A stretch of 64,000 bases of DNA. Origin: an uncultured virus (IMG/VR IMGVR_UViG_3300022856_000004). Lineage: Duplodnaviria > Heunggongvirae > Uroviricota > Caudoviricetes. Within the stretch, counting starts at the first letter, position 1; every line of letters starts with the position of its first letter. Made by a program: the position numbers and the translations under genes. The notes below the pieces were generated by a model. That model was not told the DNA's origin. It ran no database searches and worked only from the letters and a program-made list of their open reading frames with translations. Location of the stretch: the IMG/VR virus record IMGVR_UViG_3300022856_000004, one strand, 5' to 3'. Of this stretch, positions 1 to 6,969 are shown piece by piece.

Positions 1-219
1 TCCATCATTATATTCCCAATAAATTTCATTATTATTAGAATCAAATTCGCTTTTTACCCAAAATCCATTACTATCTTCACGATAAATTCGATTATTATTA
101 GAATCAAATTCTCTTTTTACCCAAAATTCATCATTATATTCCCAATAAACCCATTTATTATTTGAATTGTATATATTTATTTCATCAGTTACATTGATAT
201 ATAATATTTTAAGTTTCAT
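1..219 (-). CDS. 23-aa-repeat family protein (EFDSNNNxIYxE), 3' end runs off the window
   Basis: ATG at 219; manual translation MKLKILYINVTDEINIYNSNNKWVYWEYNDEFWVKREFDSNNNRIYREDSNGFWVKSEFDSNNNEIYWEYNDG, same repeat as 10327 and 23981-26081. Confidence 0.8.
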   Translation of the reverse strand, partial: MKLKILYINVTDEINIYNSNNKWVYWEYNDEFWVKREFDSNNNRIYREDSNGFWVKSEFDSNNNEIYWEYNDG

Positions 220-225
220 TTTATT

Positions 226-405
226 TTATTTTATAAAATATCGTACTAAATACACACGATTCACAATCGAGAGTTCATTGAGTTCCAAAATCATAATGTT
301 ATTTGGATAAGAAGATTTATGTGTATTGTATACACGTACAAGCAACTTATCTATTATATTTGATAAATTGTGGTTATTGGTATTGTATATACATTTAAGT
401 TTCAT
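226..405 (-). CDS. hypothetical protein (probable start MKLK at 405)
   Basis: Tightly packed between neighbours; ATG overlaps the upstream stop; N-terminus MKLKxxY resembles the repeat-family starts. Confidence 0.5.
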   Translation of the reverse strand: MKLKCIYNTNNHNLSNIIDKLLVRVYNTHKSSYPNNIMILELNELSIVNRVYLVRYFIK

Positions 406-650
406 TTTATACACTCATGTTTTTGCTTTATGAGTTGTTGTAATTCTACATTCTTTTCTGCAACTATTCGTTTACATTCATTTCGGTATATAGTAGCTTT
501 ATCCCATATAGTTTCTTCATATCCGTGCGTTGGAAGCTCATATCTAGTATTTAAAATGGTTTCTAATTCATTTATTACCATTTCACACTCAAATATATCT
601 TTATCAATTCCAGTTAATCCGTCATCGATGGTTGAGTAAAATTGTGTCAT
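402..650 (-). CDS. hypothetical protein
   Basis: 82-aa ORF directly downstream of the promoter at 676-707. Confidence 0.65.
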   Translation of the reverse strand: MTQFYSTIDDGLTGIDKDIFECEMVINELETILNTRYELPTHGYEETIWDKATIYRNECKRIVAEKNVELQQLIKQKHECIK

Positions 651-675
651 ATTAAATCTAATAATTAATAATATA

Positions 676-707
676 CAAACTTACGAAATTAAATTGATAT
701 AAACAAA
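676..707 (-). promoter_or_regulatory. Bacteroidota-type primary-sigma promoter (-33 TTTG, -7 TAAGTTTG)
   Basis: Minus strand TTTG-N20-TAAGTTTG; same spacing recurs at ten other sites. Confidence 0.8.
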
Positions 708-734
708 TTTTATTTTAATGATATGTTAAATTTA

Positions 735-760
735 AAAGTCGAAGTATAGATGTACTTCGA
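735..760 (-). terminator. intrinsic terminator closing tRNA operon B
   Basis: TCGAAGTA/TACTTCGA 8-bp stem followed by CTTTT on the minus strand, just 3' of tRNA-Ser(GCT). Confidence 0.6.
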
Positions 761-765
761 AAATG

Positions 766-850
766 CGGAAATAAAAGGAATCGAACCTTCATCTCGTTTT
801 CACGATTGACTCTTTAGCAAAGAGTTTGCTACACCAATTGCCGTATTTCC
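766..850 (-). tRNA. tRNA-Ser(GCT)
   Basis: Acceptor GGAAATA/TATTTCC, anticodon arm ACTCT-TT GCT AA-AGAGT, long variable arm, T-loop TTCGATT. Confidence 0.85.
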
Positions 851-862
851 ATTTTTTTAGTG

Positions 863-949
863 TACCGGTAGGAAGATTTGAACTTCCAAGTGTATCTTCG
901 TTTACCCACGAGTCTAAATCGCGTGACTTTACCATTTGTCTATACCGGT
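863..949 (-). tRNA. tRNA-Leu(TAG)
   Basis: Acceptor ACCGGTA/TACCGGT, CGCGA-TT TAG AC-TCGTG, long variable arm, GGAAG-TTCAAAT-CTTCC. Confidence 0.85.
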
Positions 950-956
950 AGATTTG

Positions 957-1030
957 TGGACACATATCGGATTTGAACCGATAACCCCCATATTGCAAGT
1001 ATGGTGCTTTCCCAATTAAGCTAATGGCCC
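957..1030 (-). tRNA. tRNA-Ala(TGC), one extra base in the acceptor stem
   Basis: CCATA-CT TGC AA-TATGG; acceptor GGGCCAT/ATGTGTCC keeps G3:U70 but has a bulged T. Confidence 0.8.
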
Positions 1031-1036
1031 ATTATT

Positions 1037-1093
1037 GTATGATATATCATTCATATTATATGGATTATATGTTATATGAATGACATATCATAC
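1037..1093. repeat. long AT-rich inverted repeat between tRNA genes
   Basis: GTATGATAT-A-TCATTCATAT ... ATATGAATGA-C-ATATCATAC, about 20 bp (the mismatch is G-U on the minus strand). Confidence 0.7.
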
Positions 1094-1098
1094 TAATG

Positions 1099-1170
1099 TT
1101 GAGTGGGGTGGGGTCGAACCACCGAATGTCGGCTTCAAAAACCGATGCCTTACCACTTGGCTACCACCCA
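1099..1170 (-). tRNA. tRNA-Gln(TTG)
   Basis: Acceptor TGGGTGG/CCACTCA, D-arm GCC-AAGTGGTAA-GGC, TCGGT-TT TTG AA-GCCGA. Confidence 0.9.
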
Positions 1171-1178
1171 ATATATTG

Positions 1179-1251
1179 TACGAATGAATGGATTCGAACC
1201 ATCACTGAACGAGGTTTAAACTCGATCCCTCTTCCGTTGGGGTACATTCGC
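1179..1251 (-). tRNA. tRNA-Leu(TAA), short variable loop
   Basis: Acceptor GCGAATG/CATTCGT, CGAG-TT TAA AC-CTCG, T-loop TTCGAAT. Confidence 0.85.
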
Positions 1252-1261
1252 ATTTTTGTTG

Positions 1262-1346
1262 TAGGTGGTGAGAGATTCGAACTTAGCTATAGTATGAACT
1301 AACCAGATTTACAGTCTGGCTGGGATCTCCAACTCCCGTACGACGC
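1262..1346 (-). tRNA. tRNA-Tyr(GTA), degenerate (possible pseudogene)
   Basis: Intact CCAGA-CT GTA AA-TCTGG arm, D-arm and TTCGAAT loop, but acceptor and T stems pair poorly. Confidence 0.6.
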
Positions 1347-1353
1347 ATTAAAG

Positions 1354-1440
1354 AGGAAGTTGGGGCAGTCGAAACCCCATTGCCTTATTAGGGGCTTAGC
1401 TGTTTTCAAAACAGTTTGCTACACCAATTGCTGAACTTCC
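1354..1440 (-). tRNA. tRNA-Ser(TGA)
   Basis: Acceptor GGAAGTT/AACTTCC, CTGT-TT TGA AA-ACAG, long variable arm; D region near-identical to the Ser(GCT) copy. Confidence 0.85.
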
Positions 1441-1442
1441 AT

Positions 1443-1482
1443 AAAAAGAAAAAATCTCGTCTATTTTATTAGAGGAGATTTT
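1443..1482 (-). terminator. intrinsic terminator (putative attenuator) immediately 5' of tRNA operon B
   Basis: AAAATCTC-C-TCTA-ATAAAA-TAGA-C-GAGATTTT followed by TTCTTTTT, ending 2 nt before tRNA-Ser(TGA). Confidence 0.75.
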
Positions 1483-1513
1483 ATTTCATATTCATTATAT
1501 AATTTTATTTTAT

Positions 1514-1627
1514 CTAATTAATAACATAAATATCCCCTACCATCGAATCCAGAGCAGTCGCTAACGACCACAATGTGATTGGTTGTAATATACTCGGTTG
1601 TTGATATGTTATTATTGTATTTTTCAT
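1514..1627 (-). CDS. putative attenuator leader peptide 1 (37 aa, MKNTIITYQQPSILQPITLWSLATALDSMVGDIYVIN)
   Basis: Manual translation ATG 1627 to TAG 1514; sits between the shared promoter-like block and the terminator; codons match operon B tRNAs. Confidence 0.65.
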   Translation of the reverse strand: MKNTIITYQQPSILQPITLWSLATALDSMVGDIYVIN

Positions 1628-1634
1628 CTTATAT

Positions 1635-1668
1635 ATAAATAGAGATAAGTTTCTCGTAAATTAATTAT
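1635..1668 (-). promoter_or_regulatory. conserved block upstream of tRNA leader 1 (putative phage-specific promoter)
   Basis: 31/34 nt identical to 4806-4839; minus-strand core TATCTCTATTTAT. Confidence 0.65.
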
Positions 1669-1801
1669 ATCGATATGTTGGACTCGATACCAACAAAAAC
1701 GATTCTCCCACGCACGTCAACCCACATAAAACTTAATCTAATAAGAAGCACTGACTCCTACTTTACTTATGTTAGGCGTGTCTATCTTTCACCAATATCA
1801 A
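1669..1801 (-). ncRNA. tRNA-like RNA with a large insert replacing the anticodon/variable region
   Basis: Acceptor-like TTGATAT/ATATCGA, D-like GTG-AAAGATAGA-CAC, T-like GTTGG-TATCGAGT-CCAAC; about 80 nt between D and T arms. Confidence 0.5.
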
Positions 1802-1807
1802 TATAAA

Positions 1808-2113
1808 TTAATTTACGAGAAACTTTTCTTTATCTAAAGTTGCTAATACCCTATAAAATAAAATCCCATTTTCAGTTTTGAATTGAACCTTAATCGGTCT
1901 AATACTTCTTGTTCCTGTTCTGATGGATTTTGTTACTTGTTCTGTACCATCATTATCTATAAAAGTAAGTTCATATCCCAATTGTTCACCATAGACCATA
2001 GAATCTAAATTAAACTTAGTATCTGTTTCTTCCCAATTACCATATGAAGATATTTCATCTTCCACTGTAGATTCTGTTATGAACCTTTTAAATTTATCGA
2101 ATTCATTTGTCAT
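1808..2113 (-). CDS. hypothetical protein
   Basis: 101-aa ORF, ATGA-coupled to the upstream gene. Confidence 0.7.
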   Translation of the reverse strand: MTNEFDKFKRFITESTVEDEISSYGNWEETDTKFNLDSMVYGEQLGYELTFIDNDGTEQVTKSIRTGTRSIRPIKVQFKTENGILFYRVLATLDKEKFLVN

Positions 2114-3039
2114 TGTACATTCCCTATATATTTAGTGTCTATATGACATCCATCTTGTTCTATATTATCTATGCTTATTATCAATATACTACCGATAACA
2201 TTAAAATAAAACGTAGTATTTTTATTCGTACCTTGTATTTCATATCTAATATTCATATTCTCACTGGTCAACGCTATAGTAGTAGTTGAACCATGAGATT
2301 CACAATTATAGTCATCATGATCATCTTGTATTTCTATAGTTTCAAATCCTACTAAATGAGATTGCAAGAATTGAATTACTTGTTGAAAATTGATTCTTAT
2401 ATTATCAATTAATAAACATGTAGTGTCAGCATCTGGTTTTATATAATCGCTTACTTGTAATTGTTTCGTTTTACCATTATACGACATAAACTTTATATAT
2501 TCATCGTTATAATCATCTTTTATTTTTATAGTTCTTATTTGTTTATGCTCATTATACAATTTAGTATTTATATGTGTTTTTATCTTAGTTAATCTATCAT
2601 TTAAAACTTCATATTTAGACACTAAATCATTTAATACAGATAACCATTCTTCAAATTGACTTATGAATTTATCTATATCTTCTATCGTAGAAATGGAAAA
2701 TGTAATTGATTGTAATTTGTCAAGTTGTTTCCACTTTGGGAATTTGTAAGAATGATACTCATCATAACAACACCCATAACCGTATCTATTGTGTAGACTT
2801 CTAAGTGGTTTAACTTCGATTGTAATTCGTTCGTCATTATTATTATATGTTACATCTATATCACCAAAATCTTGATAATTACCAATTATACTAAAACCGT
2901 CTGTGTTATAGCTATTACGTTCCATAGATTCTGTAATTGCATTCCAAAATAGTTTATTATGTGTTTTATTTCTACATAAATCATATAATATAGTTGTTAA
3001 ACTTATAGTTTTACTTTCATTCTTCTTCTTCCAGAACAT
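2110..3039 (-). CDS. hypothetical protein
   Basis: 309-aa ORF, no recognised motif. Confidence 0.75.
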   Translation of the reverse strand: MFWKKKNESKTISLTTILYDLCRNKTHNKLFWNAITESMERNSYNTDGFSIIGNYQDFGDIDVTYNNNDERITIEVKPLRSLHNRYGYGCCYDEYHSYKFPKWKQLDKLQSITFSISTIEDIDKFISQFEEWLSVLNDLVSKYEVLNDRLTKIKTHINTKLYNEHKQIRTIKIKDDYNDEYIKFMSYNGKTKQLQVSDYIKPDADTTCLLIDNIRINFQQVIQFLQSHLVGFETIEIQDDHDDYNCESHGSTTTIALTSENMNIRYEIQGTNKNTTFYFNVIGSILIISIDNIEQDGCHIDTKYIGNVQ

Positions 3040-3075
3040 TTTTACTCTCTTTTTTTTAATGTATTCTTAATATGT

Positions 3076-3546
3076 CTATTTAACTAAGTCATCTCTTAAT
3101 TTAGTTAAGACCTTTCCTAACAAATTTAAACCTAACCACTGTTCAGGGTCTTGTGCTCTTGGATCATCTTCAAGTAAACCAATACCCCAAATCTTATCAC
3201 ATGGAGAAGCATCAACTAAAGTTTTATCTTTAGTATCAAGTAATTTATTTAATAATTTTTCGTTTTGTGTGAACTTTGCATGGTTTCCTTTATATACAAT
3301 TTCTTCACATACAACTGACCATTTTTCAGCAATGAAATTTGAAACTTCTCTACCTAGTTTCTTCTGTTGTTTTGGATGTAAAGTATTCATAATCTTTGAA
3401 GCAGTTAATTCATCACCAAAGAATAAAGCCTTTTGTTGCATCATATACTGTTCTGTACAATTATACATATCACCATCTATTTCAAATTTACAAGGATGCC
3501 ATTGACTAAATGGCCCTGACCAGAAAAATTCATAATTCTCATTCAT
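3076..3546 (-). CDS. NADAR (YbiA-like) family N-glycosidase
   Basis: FWSGPFSQW, TEQYMMxxKAxxFGD, KxLGRxV, KFTQN, LVDASPxDKIWGIG, GLNLLG motifs. Confidence 0.9.
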   Translation of the reverse strand: MNENYEFFWSGPFSQWHPCKFEIDGDMYNCTEQYMMQQKALFFGDELTASKIMNTLHPKQQKKLGREVSNFIAEKWSVVCEEIVYKGNHAKFTQNEKLLNKLLDTKDKTLVDASPCDKIWGIGLLEDDPRAQDPEQWLGLNLLGKVLTKLRDDLVK

Positions 3547-3582
3547 AATGTTATTTTTTTAATATCGTTTAAAATAATAATA

Positions 3583-3614
3583 CAAACTTACGAAAAAATA
3601 ATGATATAAACAAA
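3583..3614 (-). promoter_or_regulatory. Bacteroidota-type promoter upstream of NADAR
   Basis: TTTG-N20-TAAGTTTG. Confidence 0.8.
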
Positions 3615-3616
3615 TT

Positions 3617-4096
3617 TTATTTTCTATTAGCTATTAAATCAGCTGCACACGTTGCAGCAGGTGCATTTGGTTTTGCAAATACATCAAACCCTAAACTTTT
3701 AAGCCAACCTACAGCCGCAGGATATGCTATATTAGATTTATATTTAGCTTCTGAATTTAAATCGATATGGATTTCTACAGGTTCTTGTAAAATATCTTGT
3801 ATTTCTTCGGCTATACATTTAGATTTCTCTACTTCAGTCCAAAGCATTTCAAATATAGATAATTCTTTTTTATGTTTATCCATAGAATATATTAAATGAG
3901 CACCTTTATTGTATCCATCAGTTCCATAATAAAACATAGCTATCACGGTAACATAAATAACTTTTTTAGATGCCTTCTTATATTTTGAATCCGATCCAAC
4001 TGCTATTTTAGCATCAGGATTCATTTCAATGAATTTCTGAACATGTAAAATCCAATCATCAATTATTTCGTTTGTTTGGAATGTCTTGAAATACAT
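3617..4096 (-). CDS. RNase H-like YkuK (DUF458) family protein
   Basis: VGSDS, YVTVI, GAH, EVEKS, EIHIDLN, KPxAxAAxxAAD motifs. Confidence 0.8.
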   Translation of the reverse strand: MYFKTFQTNEIIDDWILHVQKFIEMNPDAKIAVGSDSKYKKASKKVIYVTVIAMFYYGTDGYNKGAHLIYSMDKHKKELSIFEMLWTEVEKSKCIAEEIQDILQEPVEIHIDLNSEAKYKSNIAYPAAVGWLKSLGFDVFAKPNAPAATCAADLIANRK

Positions 4097-4114
4097 ATAT
4101 ACCTTAGTTTAAAG

Positions 4115-4187
4115 AGGTGAATCCCAGATTCGAACTGGGGTAAACGAGTTTGCAATCCGTTGTCTGAAACCACTCGACTAATTCACC
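4115..4187 (-). tRNA. tRNA-Cys(GCA)
   Basis: Acceptor GGTGAAT/ATTCACC, discriminator U, loop TT GCA AA, CCCAG-TTCGAAT-CTGGG. Confidence 0.85.
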
Positions 4188-4201
4188 ATTATTATATTTT
4201 G

Positions 4202-4273
4202 TACCCAAGGTAGGATTCGAACCTTTATCTCCAATTGGAGGTAGGATAATGTTGCCAATTACACCAAATGTAC
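4202..4273 (-). pseudogene. degenerate tRNA, most like Gly(TCC)
   Basis: D-arm GTGT-AATTGGCA-ACAT and AGG-TTCGAAT-CCT present; TCCTA-CC TCC AA-TTGGA arm imperfect; acceptor stem does not pair. Confidence 0.5.
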
Positions 4274-4285
4274 ATTTCTAACGAG

Positions 4286-4359
4286 TTGACCTGGACGGAC
4301 TTGAACCGTCGATCTTCGAATTATGAGTTCGCTGCTTTGACCAACTAAGCTACAGATCA
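4286..4359 (-). tRNA. tRNA-CAT (probably Ile2, lysidine-modified; elongator Met not excluded)
   Basis: Acceptor TGATCTG/CAGGTCA, CGAA-CT CAT AA-TTCG, lacks the three G-C pairs of initiators. Confidence 0.8.
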
Positions 4360-4366
4360 ATATTTG

Positions 4367-4441
4367 GGTGAATGATGGGCTACGATCCCACGACCTTCGG
4401 TTTCACAGACCGACGCTCTAACCAACTGAGCTACAAACACC
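4367..4441 (-). tRNA. tRNA-His(GTG) with encoded G-1
   Basis: TCGGT-CT GTG AA-ACCGA, G-1:C73; two T-T mismatches in the acceptor and atypical T-loop ATCGTAG. Confidence 0.8.
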
Positions 4442-4452
4442 ATAATAAAAAG

Positions 4453-4536
4453 TTGCGGAAGACAGATTCGAACTGTCATTATACTTCTCGTCTCTGGGTT
4501 ATGAGCCCAGGATGTTAACCATTACACCATTCCGCA
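4453..4536 (-). tRNA. initiator-like tRNA-Met(CAT) with a 16-nt variable loop
   Basis: CTGGG-CT CAT AA-CCCAG (three G-C pairs), acceptor TGCGGAA/TTCCGCA, variable region AGACGAGAAGTATAAT. Confidence 0.8.
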
Positions 4537-4544
4537 ATAACTTG

Positions 4545-4617
4545 TGATCTTACAGGAACTCGAATCCTGATTGCAACTTCGAATGAGTTGTGTCCTAACC
4601 ATTTAGACGATAAGACC
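4545..4617 (-). tRNA. tRNA-Glu(TTC) with atypical anticodon loop (A33, G37)
   Basis: Acceptor GGTCTTA/TAAGATC, Glu-type D-arm GTCT-AAATGGTTA-GGAC, CAACT-CA TTC GA-AGTTG. Confidence 0.75.
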
Positions 4618-4624
4618 GAATTAT

Positions 4625-4664
4625 AAATAAAAAATCCTTCAGTGTTTTAAGTTGAAGGATTTTT
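4625..4664 (-). terminator. intrinsic terminator (putative attenuator) immediately 5' of tRNA operon A
   Basis: AAAAATCCTTCA/TGAAGGATTTTT stem followed by TATTT, ending a few nt before tRNA-Glu. Confidence 0.75.
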
Positions 4665-4690
4665 ATAAATTTTTAGAAATGAATTTATTA

Positions 4691-4777
4691 TTATGCCCTT
4701 CGTACATACACCCCAAACCCACACTCAACGTGTATATTAGGTCTAAAGCTATTCATATGTTTATTATTACGAGTCAT
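4691..4777 (-). CDS. putative attenuator leader peptide 2 (28 aa, MTRNNKHMNSFRPNIHVECGFGVYVRRA)
   Basis: Manual translation ATG 4777 to TAA 4691; same promoter-leader-terminator-tRNA layout as 1443-1668. Confidence 0.65.
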   Translation of the reverse strand: MTRNNKHMNSFRPNIHVECGFGVYVRRA

Positions 4778-4805
4778 TATTATCTTTTTAATTTTACTTC
4801 TATTA

Positions 4806-4839
4806 ATAAATAGAGATACGTTTTTTGTAAATTAATTAT
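4806..4839 (-). promoter_or_regulatory. conserved block upstream of tRNA leader 2 (putative phage-specific promoter)
   Basis: 31/34 nt identical to 1635-1668. Confidence 0.65.
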
Positions 4840-6944
4840 TATTTTATATATTTTGAATTTATAGTTAGAACATCACTTGCTCTAACAACATTTTTATTAT
4901 CTAACGTATCATCCTCATACTCATCCGTAACATATAGCATATCAGCGTTATCAATGTCAAATGTTAATTGTGATGGTGCATAGTACATACTAAATAAGTC
5001 TTTTAATGTAGTTTTATCAGTTAGATTAACTATAGACCTTAACACATCAGATACATTCACATCATTATTGATAACTGTGTTATGATGCATACCACCATTT
5101 CTAAAATATAAATCAGTCCAGATTATCTGTTTAGTTTCAATATCAAAGATAAATGGAACTGCTACCTTAGAATTTCCATCTAATTTCATAGAATACTTAA
5201 CTGTTTTAGGATCATAAATCTCATTTGAATTAGGACGTTCTCTTAGCATAAAACCTGCGAAACATTCTTTATGTTCTTTAAATGTTGGGCCACTATAAAC
5301 ATTTATATTTAATGTTATATATCTAACTTCTGATTTTACTACTTTATTCATAGTTATATCAATAAATTCAGATGCTCCATTTGGTGCTCGTGTAATATCA
5401 CCAGAATGTACTATTTCTAATTCTTTAATTTTTAATTGTTGAAATGAACAATGAGTTACCATTTCAAATTTATCATTATATAATGTAGCTGACAAATCAA
5501 TATCTTGTCCTATCCAATGACAAAACATTCGTAAAGTTATATTTTTATTTTTATCTTCTAAATCAATCTTAGATCCTCTACCATAAGAGAATTGACCTTC
5601 CGATACACTTCTTTGTTGTGTAGGTAATGTATATTGACTTAATCTTTCATCTATATATACTTTCTTACCTTCTGACGTTCCTTGTAATCTCAATCTTAAA
5701 TGTGAGTTTATACAATTTAGATAGTCTTGTACTAATTGCAATTGCCAATCTGTAAATTTCTTAAATTGCACTCTTCTAACTTTAGATGTAGAACCTTTAG
5801 GAAATACTAATCTACTATCATAACCTTTTAATATAACTTGTAAGTGTCCTTTAGCTTGTAATAATACTCGTGTTGATACTTCTGATATACATTCTTCTAA
5901 ATTATCAATACCTAATTTACCAGAGTTATATCCATCAGAGATATTAATTAAAGTTACTATGTTTCTTACGTATTCACCTGGTTTCTTCATTAGAGAATTA
6001 ATAGCTGAATGATAGTCTTTATTTTTTAAAGATTCATTTATAATAGTGCTTAAACTCTCTACATTTTTATTATTTCTAAATGATCTCAATACATCTGAAA
6101 ATTTGGATTGTTTTAGAAATTCACCACAATGTAATGAATGTGTTAATTTAATCCATTTATTTTTATGTCTCTTGAAGTCATCTACGTTAAACACTTTATC
6201 AAGTCTATTAGTTATTCTACGTCTAAGACTTTTAGATAATGATTTAAACTTGGTATTTTCAGTTAATGATACATCACCACCAGATAGATATGTACAGTAA
6301 CGTAGTATATCAGTTGGTGTTTTGAGTAATTCTAAATTATCAGTATATTCAACTACATAACATAAGTTTTCTTTATATGGAATATTTATAGTATTAATAT
6401 CATATATCTCTCCAAAGTGAGCTATTAATACCTTAACTGATTCCTTATCGAAATCAGATAGAGAATCATTAGTAGATAATAAATCACATAATATTTCTAT
6501 CATACCATTAATATCTATTATACCTATACGTTTGAAGTTTAATACGTCAATATCAGTTTGTCTTGGCTTTTTATCTATATCTGGATAGTATTCGCCTAAT
6601 GACAAATAATGTATTATAGCGTTAAAGTATAGCTCAAATTCAGACATATTATAAACTTCTTCTGGGAAGTTTGGATAAAATGTTTTATATGAACGTGCAC
6701 CTTTAAATTCTTCCAATATAAAAATTATATCAATTAAATTTAAGTTATATCGTAATACAAGTTTAAGTAAATGAGAATCTATCGTATAACCCAAATTATT
6801 CAATATTTGGTTATATGCTATAGTCTCTTTTATTGATTGTTTGTAATTATTAATATCAATATCTTCTAATACTGTAGAAGATGAGTCCATTATGAATATA
6901 GATGATCTATATTTTAATGCTATTTTTAATAGGTCTTTATTCAT
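4839..6944 (-). CDS. alpha-helical ROT/TROVE-like repeat protein with C-terminal TerD-like domain
   Basis: N-terminal FYPNFPxEV...LYFNAIIHY, TPTDILR...SGGDVSL, KPGEYVR; C-terminal RMFCHW, DIDLSA, HSGDITRAPNGASEFIDI. Matches the TROVE-like+TerD architecture described for Prok-RING_4-associated proteins; no RING cysteines seen. Confidence 0.75.
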   Translation of the reverse strand: MNKDLLKIALKYRSSIFIMDSSSTVLEDIDINNYKQSIKETIAYNQILNNLGYTIDSHLLKLVLRYNLNLIDIIFILEEFKGARSYKTFYPNFPEEVYNMSEFELYFNAIIHYLSLGEYYPDIDKKPRQTDIDVLNFKRIGIIDINGMIEILCDLLSTNDSLSDFDKESVKVLIAHFGEIYDINTINIPYKENLCYVVEYTDNLELLKTPTDILRYCTYLSGGDVSLTENTKFKSLSKSLRRRITNRLDKVFNVDDFKRHKNKWIKLTHSLHCGEFLKQSKFSDVLRSFRNNKNVESLSTIINESLKNKDYHSAINSLMKKPGEYVRNIVTLINISDGYNSGKLGIDNLEECISEVSTRVLLQAKGHLQVILKGYDSRLVFPKGSTSKVRRVQFKKFTDWQLQLVQDYLNCINSHLRLRLQGTSEGKKVYIDERLSQYTLPTQQRSVSEGQFSYGRGSKIDLEDKNKNITLRMFCHWIGQDIDLSATLYNDKFEMVTHCSFQQLKIKELEIVHSGDITRAPNGASEFIDITMNKVVKSEVRYITLNINVYSGPTFKEHKECFAGFMLRERPNSNEIYDPKTVKYSMKLDGNSKVAVPFIFDIETKQIIWTDLYFRNGGMHHNTVINNDVNVSDVLRSIVNLTDKTTLKDLFSMYYAPSQLTFDIDNADMLYVTDEYEDDTLDNKNVVRASDVLTINSKYIK

Positions 6945-6969
6945 TTAAAGATTTCCTTATTATTAAATA

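Noticed and set aside
789..1302. ORFs 789-998 (-) and 1096-1302 (+)
   Set aside because: They overlap well-formed tRNA genes and are spurious.
1443..1668. T-box riboswitch controlling the tRNA operons
   Set aside because: No T-box antiterminator bulge (UGGNACC) or stem I motifs are visible in either leader; a translatable ORF is present instead.
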